A stretch of 64,000 nucleotides of DNA. Origin: Xylographa opegraphella (lineage: Eukaryota). The position numbers and the translations under genes are program-made. Below are positions 13,115-25,940 of this stretch, in pieces. The stretch lies in NCBI GenBank assembly GCA_022813865.1, contig JALDZX010000015.1, positions 124,001 to 188,000 on the forward strand. Reading direction: 5' to 3'. The notes beneath the pieces were generated by a model that was not told where the DNA came from, made no database searches, and was given only the letters and a program-made list of their open reading frames with translations. Position 1 is the stretch's first letter; every line of letters starts with the position of its first letter.

Positions 13115-16100
13115 GAGGACGAATTGTCGATGTCGTTGAACAGAAGCCGTGGGGGGAATCAAGACGGACGAGAGTCGGTGGTTGAGAGCTGCACGCTCAT
13201 CGGTCACCTCCGGGTTGGTGGGGGTTGACTGGGTCCGATCGTAAGTCTGCATCAACACCACCGACAGTCAGCTCAAGCATGAGCAGCAGTATTGAGGATC
13301 GAGTGTGAATCGGGGTGAAAAGTTGGTAGAAGTGAGAACTTACCGCGAGATTTTGGCGCTAAGGCGGATCCGTCACGACGTAAGGTGGGAGGAATTAGGT
13401 TGTAGAAACTCGCAAGCACAGCTATTCGAGTTTGTGGTCGAGCACCTAGGTTCGAGAGAGGTAGAGCAGGATGCAACGAAATGGCACGTAAGCACAACGG
13501 GCTCGCAAGCACTGAAACAACGCCCGGACAAAGTCAACACAGTAACTTTTTCCACCTGGGGCCTGCGGGATAAGCGACCACGCAACACGGACGCCACACA
13601 AAAGATATAAAAGCAGGATTGATGCCGCTCTGGTGAATGTTGGGGCGGGCGGGGATAGGGTTCGGGATATTGGTGTGATGATATTTGGAGGGGGGATAAA
13701 TGGAGGATATGGGCTCGACCAGGCCTAGAGATGGAAGAGGAGGAGAGAATGGTGGTGGAGGAGGTGAGGAGGTGCAGCGAGCATGGCGGAGAGGATTTGG
13801 AGTGCTGCTAGGACGCGGTAGCGTGAGGATGGGGTGAGCAAGGTTGAGAGGTGGTGGAAAGGTTCGATGGGGTTTTGCGGAACGACGAATTTAGTTTTCT
13901 GTACGGAAGTCCGGTCGGTGGAAGGTTCGGATCTACAAGCGTTGCAGCAGGGCCTGGTAGCCTTCACGCCACGCCCTCTTCCAGGTCGCTGCAGAGTCGC
14001 AACGACAAACGCGGGTGCCAGAGCAGAATGGGCGAACGCTGGATGCGGACTCCGGTGACGGCGACCAGCCACGGACGAGGCCGACTCGCCGTCTTCACCT
14101 TAGCACATAGCGCAGCTGGGCTGGGAGGCGGCGCCAAAAAACAAGTCCAATACACAGAATAATGCGAACCATTGAGTTGTGAATGATACGATTGATCTTC
14201 CTACTGCAGCATCTAATTCCAACTATCTGTTGCTCGCTGCAAATGCGGCGCAATTACCAGGATTCGGGCGACAACGCTCTCTCCCGCAGGCAAGGAATGG
14301 CATGGCACCATGTATATGCGTGCGACGACGGCGCAACAGCCAGCAGCAGCTTCCAGCGTGTCGACAGCAGTTACGGAGTAGAGAGATAAAGGATAATGCA
14401 CGTCCATCCGCGCTCATTCCCTATCGCTGGCTCAGGTATCTGATCGAGGCAAGATAACCGTCCAGGTCCAGCCAGCATCCAGACCTTTATCGGCGTGCGT
14501 CCAACCGTAAGGTAGGCTGTTGGACGGCTTCGCGGTTGGCATGTTTTTTGCGTGTTGCCCCTCGGACTCCTTCCCAGTATGATTCTCGTATTATTGTTGA
14601 TTTCCTCCATCCTTTCCTCTAATCACATTATTCCTTCCACCCTCCAGCCAATTGATCCGAGCCCGCTCACGCCATGTTTGGACGCGGGTGATGATAACCA
14701 TAATAAGAGTTTGCTAATCTGCCACCCGTGGCTGCGCTACCCGCCAATCAAAACGCCCCCCTGCACCACCCCGGCTGCTCAACAAAGCGACCGCTCCCGA
14801 TCCCCTTCCCTACTTGTCCCGCTTCTCTCGGTCCCGTTCTCGACTCATCCACGGCCCACGGCCGAGGAGTCAGCATTATTCCAGCACCGAAAGATACCCG
14901 CTCCGATCATAGGAGCCATGATTCTTCCCTATTCTTGCTGTAGTACTTCCGGACCTGCTTGGGCTAGACGATAAGAGGCCAGGTGGCTGAACTGCAAACA
15001 TTCTATCCACGGAGGCCGACGGGCGTGCACATGCTGTATAAGCGTGCATATACCGTCCCCGGCCGCGGTGTCGCTGGCTGACACGAGACTGAAGAGCCGC
15101 AGCCGGCGAGTGGTCAATTGTCGATTGCGTTTCAATGTTGCTCCACGAAATCATGGTTGGGGATTCTGCTGATGATGGCGGTGGCTTGGGCGGCTCACCG
15201 CCTCAACCAAGGAAAGCGCGAGAAATGATCCGGACAGCTGCAAGGACCGCGACAGTGGATACGGGCGCACCCACCACACTCCCCCCCCCTCCTTCATCCA
15301 ACCGGTGACATCTCCTCGTCATGCACAACACAGTCGTAGAAGCCCACGAAGCCGAAGTACCCGGTACCTCCGTACCGAGTCGCAGCTTCTTTAAACAACC
15401 AGAACACCGACAAGATTTGGCATCCTTTGGACTGTCATCAGTTACATAGTGTATACAACACTCTCAACAACAACACCGCTCCCCGTCGTGGCTCGGCTGT
15501 TGGCCGACCTGACCTCGTTAGTTGGTTGGCACTTTACTGCGATACTCCTCCCTCTTGCTCTGGCCGGTTGGCTTTCGTGCGCAGCCAAGCCGTCGTCGCC
15601 ATTCTCAGCACGTGACGCTCTTGGCCCGTGGCTCGAAGGAAGAGGGTGAGCAGAAACGAAGAAGAGAGTTTTTTCTTCAGGTGGAACGTGCGTGCAACGA
15701 CCATCCCGCTTGGGCCTAAGTTGTCTTGGTAACCATGGCCCGGCCCCTTGTGGCTTGAGTAGCTTGGCACTTCAAACGCGCTCAGTTCAGGTCAGCCAAG
15801 AGGGAGGTGTCGGAGCTTCAGTCTTCGGCTCCATGTCAAGGGACACACCGGAGAATATGCTTACGAATTACGTGCAAGGGAGGTCGCCATGGCTTCGTAT
15901 GGCAAGAGCTGTCAATTCGACTTTTCTCCGCAGTACATGGATACGGGATGGAAGATGATAGGTTTGGTGTTTTGACACCAACCCATCGGATATATGGCAC
16001 CACTCTAAGGTATTGTGCCGTCGTATCCTCAACCTCGACGGAATGGCCTTCAGAGTGTGCTTGGCCGAACCGTATGGGTCCGATTGTCGGGCATTCTGTC

Positions 16101-18932
16101 GATGCGGACGCAGCATGTTAAACATGTTAAGCATAATGGCCCGAATTCCTCGCATCGACCTTGACAGCATTGTGGGGAAAGCTTCCCCCAACATTCGGCT
16201 GCATGCACGAGCCCATGCTTTCGACCAGAGGGAACTTCTCACGGCCTGATGACACCACCGGACCCTCGATCGGGAAAAAGTAGACTACAATGCAGACAGT
16301 CCCGGGGTGTGGACGACGTGGACGATCTGGTACATGCTTGTTCTCGACCTGCCTCACACGTGAAACTGTGTTCTCGATTATCTCGCTGAAGCAGGCACGT
16401 TGACTAGGGTATCACGCTCATGCTCCTTTCGCCATAGCTGCGGCACGCTCGTCGTTGCCCTGCCGTGGTAGAGCGCCTTTGGAGCTCGGGGTTAGTCCTT
16501 GCCCTGCAGCCTTCGGCCCATGGCCACTCGTTCATAAGCTCGATAGCCAACGGATTCGGGTTGATGCCAACCACGGTTGGCACCGTGATCGCCGGCTCTG
16601 GGAGACAACCAAGTGCCTTCACTGGTCTCGATTGAGGGATGGCCGTTGAGTCCGTGTGCCTGCGGGAGATTCAGATTGCCGCCACTCGCGGCCGGGATGA
16701 TAGCACCGTTGACTTTGACAGCGTGCGTTTTGTACATGAATCAAGCACGACCGTGATCGTCGAACGCTGATTCGACCGCTCCCGCTGCACCGCTGCACCA
16801 CGCGTGCTGACTTGCACCAAATGCGTGATATCAGTCCCACCACGTACCGGTGCGCTAAGCTGATAAGAGAAGTTTTAGCCTTTAACAGGTATCATTCCCT
16901 TCCCTGCGTCAGCAACGGTCGAAAGGCCCAAGGCAGACGTTCAGGGACCACGCGCCTCGACGCGAGTCTTTCCCTGCCGAAAGGTGCCTATTCTTAAAAT
17001 AAGCCCAGAGCCAAGAACGACCAACCCCGAGTATTATTGATATTCCTTGGTAATCATGACCGGTCTCATGACAAGCTGTGTCCCTCGCAGGGCCTTGAAG
17101 CACTCGTGAGCGCTGACTGCGACGGAGTATGCAACCTTCACGGCAGCGAGGTGGACGGTCGGAACCTACCAAAGCTTGCAGCTGCAGCGTTGATGATAAG
17201 ATGATTGACAACAACAACAGATAAATGCAGCACCAATAAGGTACCTGAGCCATCGATGAGCAGGAGAAGTCATCCCAACGGAAGACTAAATCGGCAGCGT
17301 CCCCCTAGTGTGCGATATTTTTATTTCCCTTTCCTCCCTGCGCGTCCTGTCAAAAACCCCTCGTCGAACCCTAATCGTCACGGCTGTACGCAATACCCTA
17401 TCGGTAGCCGACGGATTCGTAACGCCACGGTCCCCACCCGACTGCTTGCTTTCCGACCATCATCCTTAAAGTCTGACACACTCAAGCAGAGTCATGCATT
17501 ATTAGATCAATAGACCGTCGAGGCATAAGGTAACGCTGTGATGGAGCGATGGGCCCTCGGATCTAGCGCCCCTCTCTGGCGTCTATCAAGTACCTTACTC
17601 TATCCACGACTCCTTTCACATGCTTGCACTAATTCTCCCTTTGCTCACGACATTGCCCCACCACCACCCCTCCCTCGCTAGCCGCCCCGCTTACGTCGCT
17701 AGTGCCCCCCAACGGGCACACAAAGTGACAAAGAGTGGAAAAGAAGCTACCAGATTGGCGACGGAGCAAGCCACCTCCGCCCCGAAAGGTCAAAGCTTTT
17801 CGCGGAGCCGACTACGCCACATATCTCGGTCCGAAAAGAGGTCCTTTCATAAGGTAAGGGAACGTCAAAGGACTTTAGGCAAGCTCCGCATCAAATCTCG
17901 ATCCGTGTTCTCCACAACGGAAAAGCGTTCCATGTTTAAGAGACCGACGACGGGTCTTGCCCCCATTCATTCTTCAATGGTCTGAGCGTTCGAGCCGTAC
18001 TGTGGATTTTTCCCCACAAGCCGCCCTCCTTTAATTCCCGTCGTTCTCCAGGATGGCGAGCACAGTAATGGACGACTTATCGGGGACTCCGTTGCCGTAC
18101 TCTTCGTCAGCGACGGCCGACGGCGAGACTGGGGGAGCTTTTGGAGATTTCGGCTCTTGGCTCGTCGTCTGGCTCGATATTGTGTCGAAGCCTTTACCAC
18201 GCTTTCCTTCTTTTTGGATTCGTATCGGTGGATGTGGATGAGAGGCTACTGGATGTCTTGTTGTAGCTATGGTTCACTGCGAGGGGTGGTCTGATGTGGA
18301 CTTGTCGCTGATTTGGGTGGAAGGACGTCCACACCTCCATAGCAGTTGGACGATCGTCGCCCTATGCCTCAATTATTGTTCGCCACTCAAGCACCCGTCT
18401 TTCATGTTTGGCCGCACAGGGTGAAAGAACTGTGCATGACGCTTCTGCAGCGCTCGTCCAGGGTGGAAGCATAAGCGCGGCCATTACTCTGCACATCTCC
18501 TAGGGATCGAGAGCCGGCAGGCGCCTGAGAGTGCGACGGGACATCGTACTCCTCCGAGCCAACAGGAGCTTTCCGTTGCTTTTTGCTTCAATCCTGTGTT
18601 TCGCCAGTATTCCGTTCGCAAGCGGATAAATGGCCCGTTTGGGTTTTGAACCCTAACTTTGCTCGCTTATTGCGACCGGGGGCTGCGAAGCTAAATCGAT
18701 TTTTTTTGGTATCCCCTTGATGCCGTATAACGTAACGTTAACAATTTGTCGAATGAGATATCTCTCGACTGGGGACCACTCGCATGGCTGCCACCGCCAA
18801 TGGTTGCTGAGGTTATTATCGACACGGACGGTGTATAGTCGGGCGGAAATAGATGCCGATGGTCCTTTGTCAACTGAGCAACCTGTGTCTTGATTCACTT
18901 ATAACCCTTCGCTTCTGAGCCCGGACTTTTGG

Positions 18933-19017
18933 GATGGTATACTTCTATGATGGTATGCTTCTATGATGGTATACTTCTATGATGGTATACTTTTATGATG
19001 GTATACTTCTATGATGG
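18933..19017 (+). repeat. 16-bp tandem minisatellite (GATGGTATACTTCTAT) x5 plus a partial copy
   Basis: Five consecutive copies; copies 2 and 4 each carry one transition. Confidence 0.97.
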
Positions 19018-20417
19018 CTAACCCTAGGCAACATAGATGGCGACAAGGTGTACTGGTTCGCAAGTCTGAAGCCTCATGGCTTGATAAGGGCATACGGACG
19101 GAGTAAAGATACAATGGACACCGAAATCTTTATTCAAGTCTTATGAAGCTGACGGACACGTACATGCAATTCACTATGGTTGCTGGCTTGTTCGTAACTA
19201 TCATATATGTCTCTCTTGTGCTTTGCCGATTCTAGCATGTTGATTTCGCGGCAGCCGTCTGTCTCTTGTTCCTCTATCAAAACCAGACATCGATGAACCA
19301 GGTGTTGGCGCTGCATGGCGGATTCAATGCCTCCGAACATGCATGACTCTCTTGTTCACATATTTCTTCCTCAGTAGTCCATCAATCTTATATCTCTCTT
19401 CGCCATGATCCGATCCCACCACTCCAACTTTCGCGTCTGCGAGAGAAGCTACTAGGTGTCATGTCATGTCACCTTATCCAGCGCCTCATAAATCCCTATC
19501 TTCCTTCTCGCCTCCCCTTCTCCGGGCGTCGAGTGCGCACTCCAGCTCGACTCACTTGTCCATGATGGATGCTTGAGATCAATAGCAGCCCTCGGCATGG
19601 TCACCATACCTTACCAATATCCTCCGCAGTGTCACGATACCACACCGTATCCACTCTCTCAACCAGCAGCCCGTCCACGCACGCGTGTTGGCCTTGAACT
19701 CTGTAACTCATCACACATGTGACATCTCATTCGACGTCGTGGGGATTATTCAGCTATCCGGCATACAAGCGACCACAAAGTCCACCTCACAGAGCCTCCC
19801 GCACAACACCCAGCAAGCGATTCCATCAGAATGTGCAGCATAGACCTCAGATGGCAGGAAGCAAGCCCCTCAAAAAAGCAGAAGCAAACACACCGTACGA
19901 GCCACGGCCTCGCCCCCCCCCCTCCTGCCTGGGCAGTCAAGTCGTCCCCTAACGGACTGACAACCACACCCAGCCAAAGGGGATATGCGGACTTCCACCC
20001 AGGCGACATCACAACGCACCTCCCTTTCTCACACCCACCCACGAGCCACACGCGCCCTGTTCCCTCAACGCGCTGCAGGGGCTGCGCTTCGAAGGGGGAA
20101 GTGCCCGACTGAATGGGAGCGGGAAACGGTCGCGGCCCGCAGCGGGAGAGGGATCCTGCATTGGTGGGATTGGTTCTGCTCGGCTCGTACAAGTCTTACG
20201 GAAAGGGGGAGGCTTCGTGTGCGTGTCTAAGCTGTGAGTGCGCTACTGCTATGACGTCCCTTCCTGCTTCCCTCGCTCGGAAAACTTACTCACATGCTCC
20301 AAATAAGGTCTGGAGGAGTACGTTCCGAGCCCATCAACCCGGAAGCCCGAATCCGAAAGCGCACCCTTCATGACGAGCAGGACCCCCCTCCCCCCCCACC
20401 ATCAACCCGAAACACGC

Positions 20418-23400
20418 TCACAGCCCCAGCATCTTCTTTCCCGCGCCCGCAGCACCCGACGCCCGCCCCGCGACTTCTCCAGCCGCCCCAGCCGCCTTAC
20501 CCGAAGCCGCCTCCCCCGCGCTCCCCACCGCACCGCCAACAGCCGAAGCGCCCTTGCCCAGCTGCTCGGGCGCCTGGCCCGCGGTCTGCACGCCAGCCTT
20601 GGTCGCATCACCAGTAGTATCGACGGCCGTGGCTCCCGCGTCTCCCACCATGCCGGCCGCGTTCTCCGGGGTGACGCCCACAGCGTCCACGACGTCCTCC
20701 GCCGTCTGGCCCACCCCCTCCGGCGCGCCGGCGGTGTCGAGCGCTGTGGCGGCACCGGCGCCGACCGTGTCAGTGGTGCCTTTGGCTACAGAGCCGGTGG
20801 TCGAGGCCGCGTTCGCCACGGTCGTGCCGCCGGCGTCGGTGGCTTTCTTGCTAGCGGCGCCGGCCGTGTCCGTGGCTGCTTGCTGCGCCGCCGAGGCTTG
20901 ACCAGCAGCGTCGGCGGCTTTGGCGCTGACATCTTCGTCCGGTTTGGCGGGATTCTTGCTACTGGACCATGTGGGCAATGACGGGAGGTACGAGGTTGCT
21001 GAGGCGATGTAGCCGGTGGATTCGCCTTTGGCGGCATCGACCTTGCCGGAGACTTTATCGGTAACGCCCGTGGCTTTCCCGGCTGCTTCTCCGCTCGCGC
21101 TGTGCCACGACGGGAGATACTTTGCGGCGTAGAGGGCGATCTGGGTCAGGTAGCCCGGGCCGACCTCGCTGATGCCCTCTTTCGCCAGGTCGGGATTCTT
21201 GCTGCCCGACCGCTGGAGGTAGAGCTTGTCCTTGGCATACTGGTAGTACGTCTTCGTACTCTTCGACCCCGCGACGGCGGCGTCGTCAGCGACATTGGCA
21301 CCGGACTTCAGAGCCTTTGCTCCGAGGTCGGCAACCTCGTCCGGATCCGCAGGGGCTGCTCTGCTGATGTAGAGCTGCTCGCTCGCCCACTGCATCATAC
21401 TCTTCTGATTCTTCCGCTGAATCTCCTCCTCCATACTATCGGCCTCCTGCTCCGCATCTCTATCACTAACCTCTTTCTTGCCCAGGTAATTTTGGCTCTT
21501 CTCCTTGGCCTGCCGGATCAGATCCTGCTCCTTCTCTTCCGCCAGCATAGTCTCAAACGCCGCTTCCTCATTCCTGATCTCCTCCTTGTCGATGTCCTGC
21601 AGCCCGATCTTTTGCAGGATCTTGCCGATCAGGAACCGGTACCGCAGGTGCCCCGACACCGTCTCGCTGACGTCCACGTTCTCCACCCCAGTGAGACCTT
21701 CGATCTTGGAGAGGCCAGCGACGCCGTATTGTATGGAGCTGGTCCGATAGAGAAACGCCAGGATGCGGTCTTTCTCGGAATACACGTTGATCAGTCTGCC
21801 GGTGCACGCGGATCGCAGGAGCCTCCAGTTGGCGGTATCGGATGGGGTGGGAGCGCCAATGAGAATCGCGGACTCGACCAGACCGAATGCTTTCCTGTTT
21901 GCCAGACTCGCGAGACAGGCATATATAAGTCTCGCGCCCATCGAATAGCCTATCAGCGTAACTGATCGTTCGCCTTGAGCTCTGTTTATAAGAGCATCGG
22001 CTAGTATCTCTCCCGCTTTGTCCGCCCTAGATTTTGCGAGCGTAAACGGGTTGTCCACAACTCTAGCAACCTTGACCAAGCCCATTGGCCAGATCATCGA
22101 CGACATGAGCTCTGCAAAAACAGTCCTCTGTATAATTTGACTCTGAGCATAGCCTGTAGATACCCATTAGCGATTCGTAGCTCCCCACACACACAAGTCT
22201 AGATTGATGAAACCAACCCCACGCAGCACTGCTCAGCATCGTATTCATCGAATTGCCCAAGTTCATTAGCGTCTCGAGCTCCCAGCGCAGCGCAAAGACC
22301 TCCGAATCCGTATTCAGCACCCGCCACGGCTTCACAATCTCCTCCTTCTCCGTCAACCAGCCCGTGACCCCGATCGTCACTCGAAGGCGCCGTTCCTCCG
22401 ACGCGGCTTCCTTGTCGTCCGAGAACTCCTTGCGTCGCCCGTGTATCGGTAGGAAGGCAAAATCCTCAACCTCGCGCGAGAGGTTGTCCATCATCTGCCC
22501 GGTCATCTTGCCGCCGTAGGCCCCGAACAAGGCGCCCACCAGATACGTGCTACCCGCGACGCTTCCGAGATCTGAAGAGCACTGGTGTTAGCGTTACGGG
22601 GTCTCTTTCTCAATGGGGACGCGCATGGCGGGACTGACACCCTGCTGCTGCCGTGGCACCCAACCCAAGACCACCCATCACAGCCCCGACTCCGGAAGCG
22701 ATCATCGGAGCGGCCATTCCGCCGCTGATGCCAATGACAGCGGCGCCCGCAGCAGTCGCCGCAGCCATCTTCCACTTCCTTGACTTCTCACTCGCGGCGA
22801 CTTTGTTCTGCGCCTCCTCGTCCGCGTTGATCTGCTGCGCGGATTCCAACAGCCCCTTGGCCACCTTCATCTCTTCGGTCCCGAGGGCACGTAGCCCGAG
22901 TTTGAGGCTCGAGGCTAGGAATAGCAACAGCACCCGAGATCGGGCACTGTAGTTCTCCAGGCTGATCAACAGGAGCAGAACGGAGTGTAGGATCAGAGTC
23001 CGCTTCGCCATCGTGAGCTTCGTGAGCGGCGTGCGGACGCGAGGGAACACATCCTCCAGCTTCGGGGCGCTCCGCTCAGCCTTGTCCGTGGTCAGTGGCC
23101 CCTTCTGCGGCTCTTTCTGCGTCGTGGTTGGCGGCCGCCCGTCACTGTTCGCCGCTTCATCCATCTGCTTCTCGGCGTCTTGCTGCAGGTGCACCGCCTC
23201 CGCAGCGCGCTTCATCACCGCACGGCGCCATCCGTCGAAGTTCTGGAGACTCTCTTCTTTGAGTTTCTGGAACTTGGGGCCCGCGAGCTCTTTCTCGATG
23301 TCGGCAAGTTTCTTCTTCTCTGCATCGTAAGCCCCCACGTCCACTGTGCCGATGTCTAGATCAGGATTGTTGATCTTGTCGTCTTCGCTCTTGCCCACGT

Positions 23401-23614
23401 CTCCAATTAAGTCTCTGTCCAGCCCCGCGGCAGGATCGAAGTTCGCCGAGATAGATTCCCGCATGCGTTGGGTGATGGTGCCGATAAGGAGGGTGAAGTC
23501 GGCGCATTGCGCTTCGTCTAGGAAGGTTGTGAGATCTTGCTCTGAGTCTGGCTTCTGGGGTGCCACAGTCTTCTCCGGCTGTTTGTCCTCTCCATCTCCT
23601 ACGTTGTCAGACAT
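20418..23614 (-). CDS. DUF726/TMCO4-family alpha/beta-hydrolase-like membrane protein (Mil1-like), 3 exons, with an Ala/Gly/Thr-rich C-terminal extension
   Basis: YSARSRVLL, glycine-rich hydrophobic segment GAAVIGISGGMAAP..GALFGAYG, VEDFAFLP, VFALRWE, GERSVTLIGYSMGARLIY (GxSxG), DVSETVSGHLRY. Introns near 22.57-22.64 kb and 22.16-22.22 kb splice in frame. Confidence 0.9.
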
Positions 23615-24697
23615 GATCAGTATTTCTATCGCAATCGATCCGGCGGCGAGGTCGGTGATGGCCGGGTAGGATCGGACTTACAGGCTGCTGTGCGTTGCGA
23701 TTATTTCAGGAGCCTGTTATTTCGAGCTTCCATTTCGACGTCATTGGCCTCGTGTGGTTCCCATGAGCAAGAAGCAGGGTCCTGGGATGATCCTGGGTGT
23801 GTACCGTTTCTAGTCTGTGCAATTGATCGCTTTGCGTTTTGTAGCAGATATATGACATCTTGTGCCTAGCTTCTTGATACTATCTGATCTAGCCTGCGTC
23901 TTTAGCAGTACCGTGCGGCCTATTCTCCTATTCTCGAGAATAATGGAGGGTGATTGGACGTTGAAAGGCTCCCTCGGGCGAGATGTACAAGTGACCGCCT
24001 TACCAAATTCAGCCTAGGCTTTCCGAGAGCAAAGCCCCGCTCCCGCCCTGCTCGGATCCCGGTATTCGACATGATCGCAAGATCCTTAACCATGGCACGG
24101 GGAAGCAGATAAACGAGGATGATGGCGTCACCAGTGAAGTATTCCTGGTTTCACTCGTGGCTTATGAGACGATTTGTCTTGTTTTCCTCTCGGTGGGATT
24201 GTACTATGTCCCAGCTCTACCAATCGCTGCAAGCGCTGAATTCTTATCTTGATAAGTCTCATGTACTTTCTTCTACAAATGCCTGTTGTTGTAGCCCTTC
24301 CTGCCACTACAAAGTCATGTACCGCTCTTCTTTTTGTCTTGATATGATTTACCAGCTATACAGAGTAGTACTTCGCCATGCGAAGCCACCTCCACCGATG
24401 AACAGAAAATAACCCGACATCTCCGCCCATGTAGATCCGTCGATATACAGCGACGGCCGTTTAGCGGTCCTTGTTTTCCGATAACAGGAACATGTTTAAC
24501 ATACGATGGCGTCGAGAAAACCAACGCTATCCTTGACCGTGGTAGTCGCCTCCGCCACACGGAAGATAACAACAAAGCGGTGGTGTCTGTGAACGTTGCA
24601 GCACGAGCGAGGGGATACGTTTATCACACCCTCCTTTACCATTACCGCTCCGCTTCATCCTCAGGTACAGCGGTATCTTGGAGGTACACAGTAAGCT

Positions 24698-25402
24698 TCA
24701 ACATGGGTATGATTTCGGTATTGGTGCACACTCCTGAGGCAACCTCCCAGTAGCTCGGAGGTGCGATGAAGTGAAGCGATGCATCATCTGGGGAAACGGT
24801 CTCCTCTCAACAGCCTTCGCCCATTGGAGATGCGCTGCAGATAGGCGGGTCAGGGTTGAGGAGATAGTCAGTCTCCCCGACAACAAGGTTTTTGTCTTGA
24901 GAGCGGGCCACCACCCGACGGCGGGAGGAGGATCTGGCAAGGAGCCTCGAAGATATTCCAGTTCGAAGCCGTGCTTGTCGTTGTTGTCTAGTACCCATAT
25001 AGGGGCTTCCGCCTTCTCATCAGTCATCGAAACAATTTATATCCTAAAGACACCAGAGTGCTTAACTCCCTAAACACTATCCTCAATCTCCCCTTCACGA
25101 GCGCGAGTGCGCTTCGTGATAGAATCACCCTTGTCAGCGGGCATACCGTCGTAACAGATCCACGCCTTATAAGATCGCCATGGTCTGAGTGCGTAAATTG
25201 AAACCTGTCACTTGCGAGCTAGGCGTTTTCTCGTTCTGCCGCTGTTGCTTACACGCTGGTCAGGCAGAGACGGTAGGGATGTGGTGTAAGCTTCTGCCGC
25301 GTCGTAGGCTCGGACGATAGAGAGAGAGGGCAGCGTTCACAAGGGGGTTTAGGTTCGAGGACGAAGTGGGAAGAGGGAAAGAGAGATGAGGAAGCCTTCA
25401 TG
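24698..25402 (-). other. Possible small multi-exon or degenerate gene of unknown function
   Basis: Protein-like ORF pieces (25249-25461, 24698-25027) separated by intron-like segments (GTAAGC..CAG; ..TTTAG). No family recognised and the frame join was not established. Confidence 0.25.
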
Positions 25403-25940
25403 AAAGAATGGGGGAGATGGTTGGAGGGAAGGTCGACACAGATATGACTCCTGCCCCACACGAAGGAGAACCGCAGACAATAATATCAAAGCGGCAAAAG
25501 TGGAATATCTTGTACAAAGTGTTAGCGGGCCTGTGCTGGTCAGTGAGGTTGGGGATGGCTAGTGGATAAAACTCTCATCCTGTACGGAGGATAGGGAACT
25601 GGATTCTGCTATAGTCTAAAGCTATGGCTTCTGGCGCCGCTAGAGTGCCCATTCTGGATTGATCATCGCGCATGATATACACCAGAACAAATCTGATATT
25701 TTATCATCTCTCAAACTACCGCATGACAGCTCGAAAACCGTAATATATCCGTTAGCGGCATGGATTGAAGCAGCCGATTTTGCGCAAGAGAGCGACTCTA
25801 ACTTTGAACTGATGAGCAAACCGGTCAACAATGAGCCTTTGATACCACACCGACGCTATCTTGAAAATGTTTGGCATTTGAAGAAAGCGGAAGCAGGATG
25901 CACCTTAGTCAGCTGGTAGGCACAAGAGACCTTGTTTCGG

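Noticed and set aside
18933..19017. CRISPR-like array
   Set aside because: Units are contiguous with no spacers, the context is eukaryotic and there are no cas genes.
20370..21965. Long plus-strand ORFs (203 and 287 aa)
   Set aside because: Antisense shadows of the GC-rich DUF726 coding sequence.
25640..25940. Extra ICS exon or remnant of a fused NRPS domain
   Set aside because: Only a weak donor site and no A-domain motifs downstream; the ICS domain is already complete at the 25941 stop.
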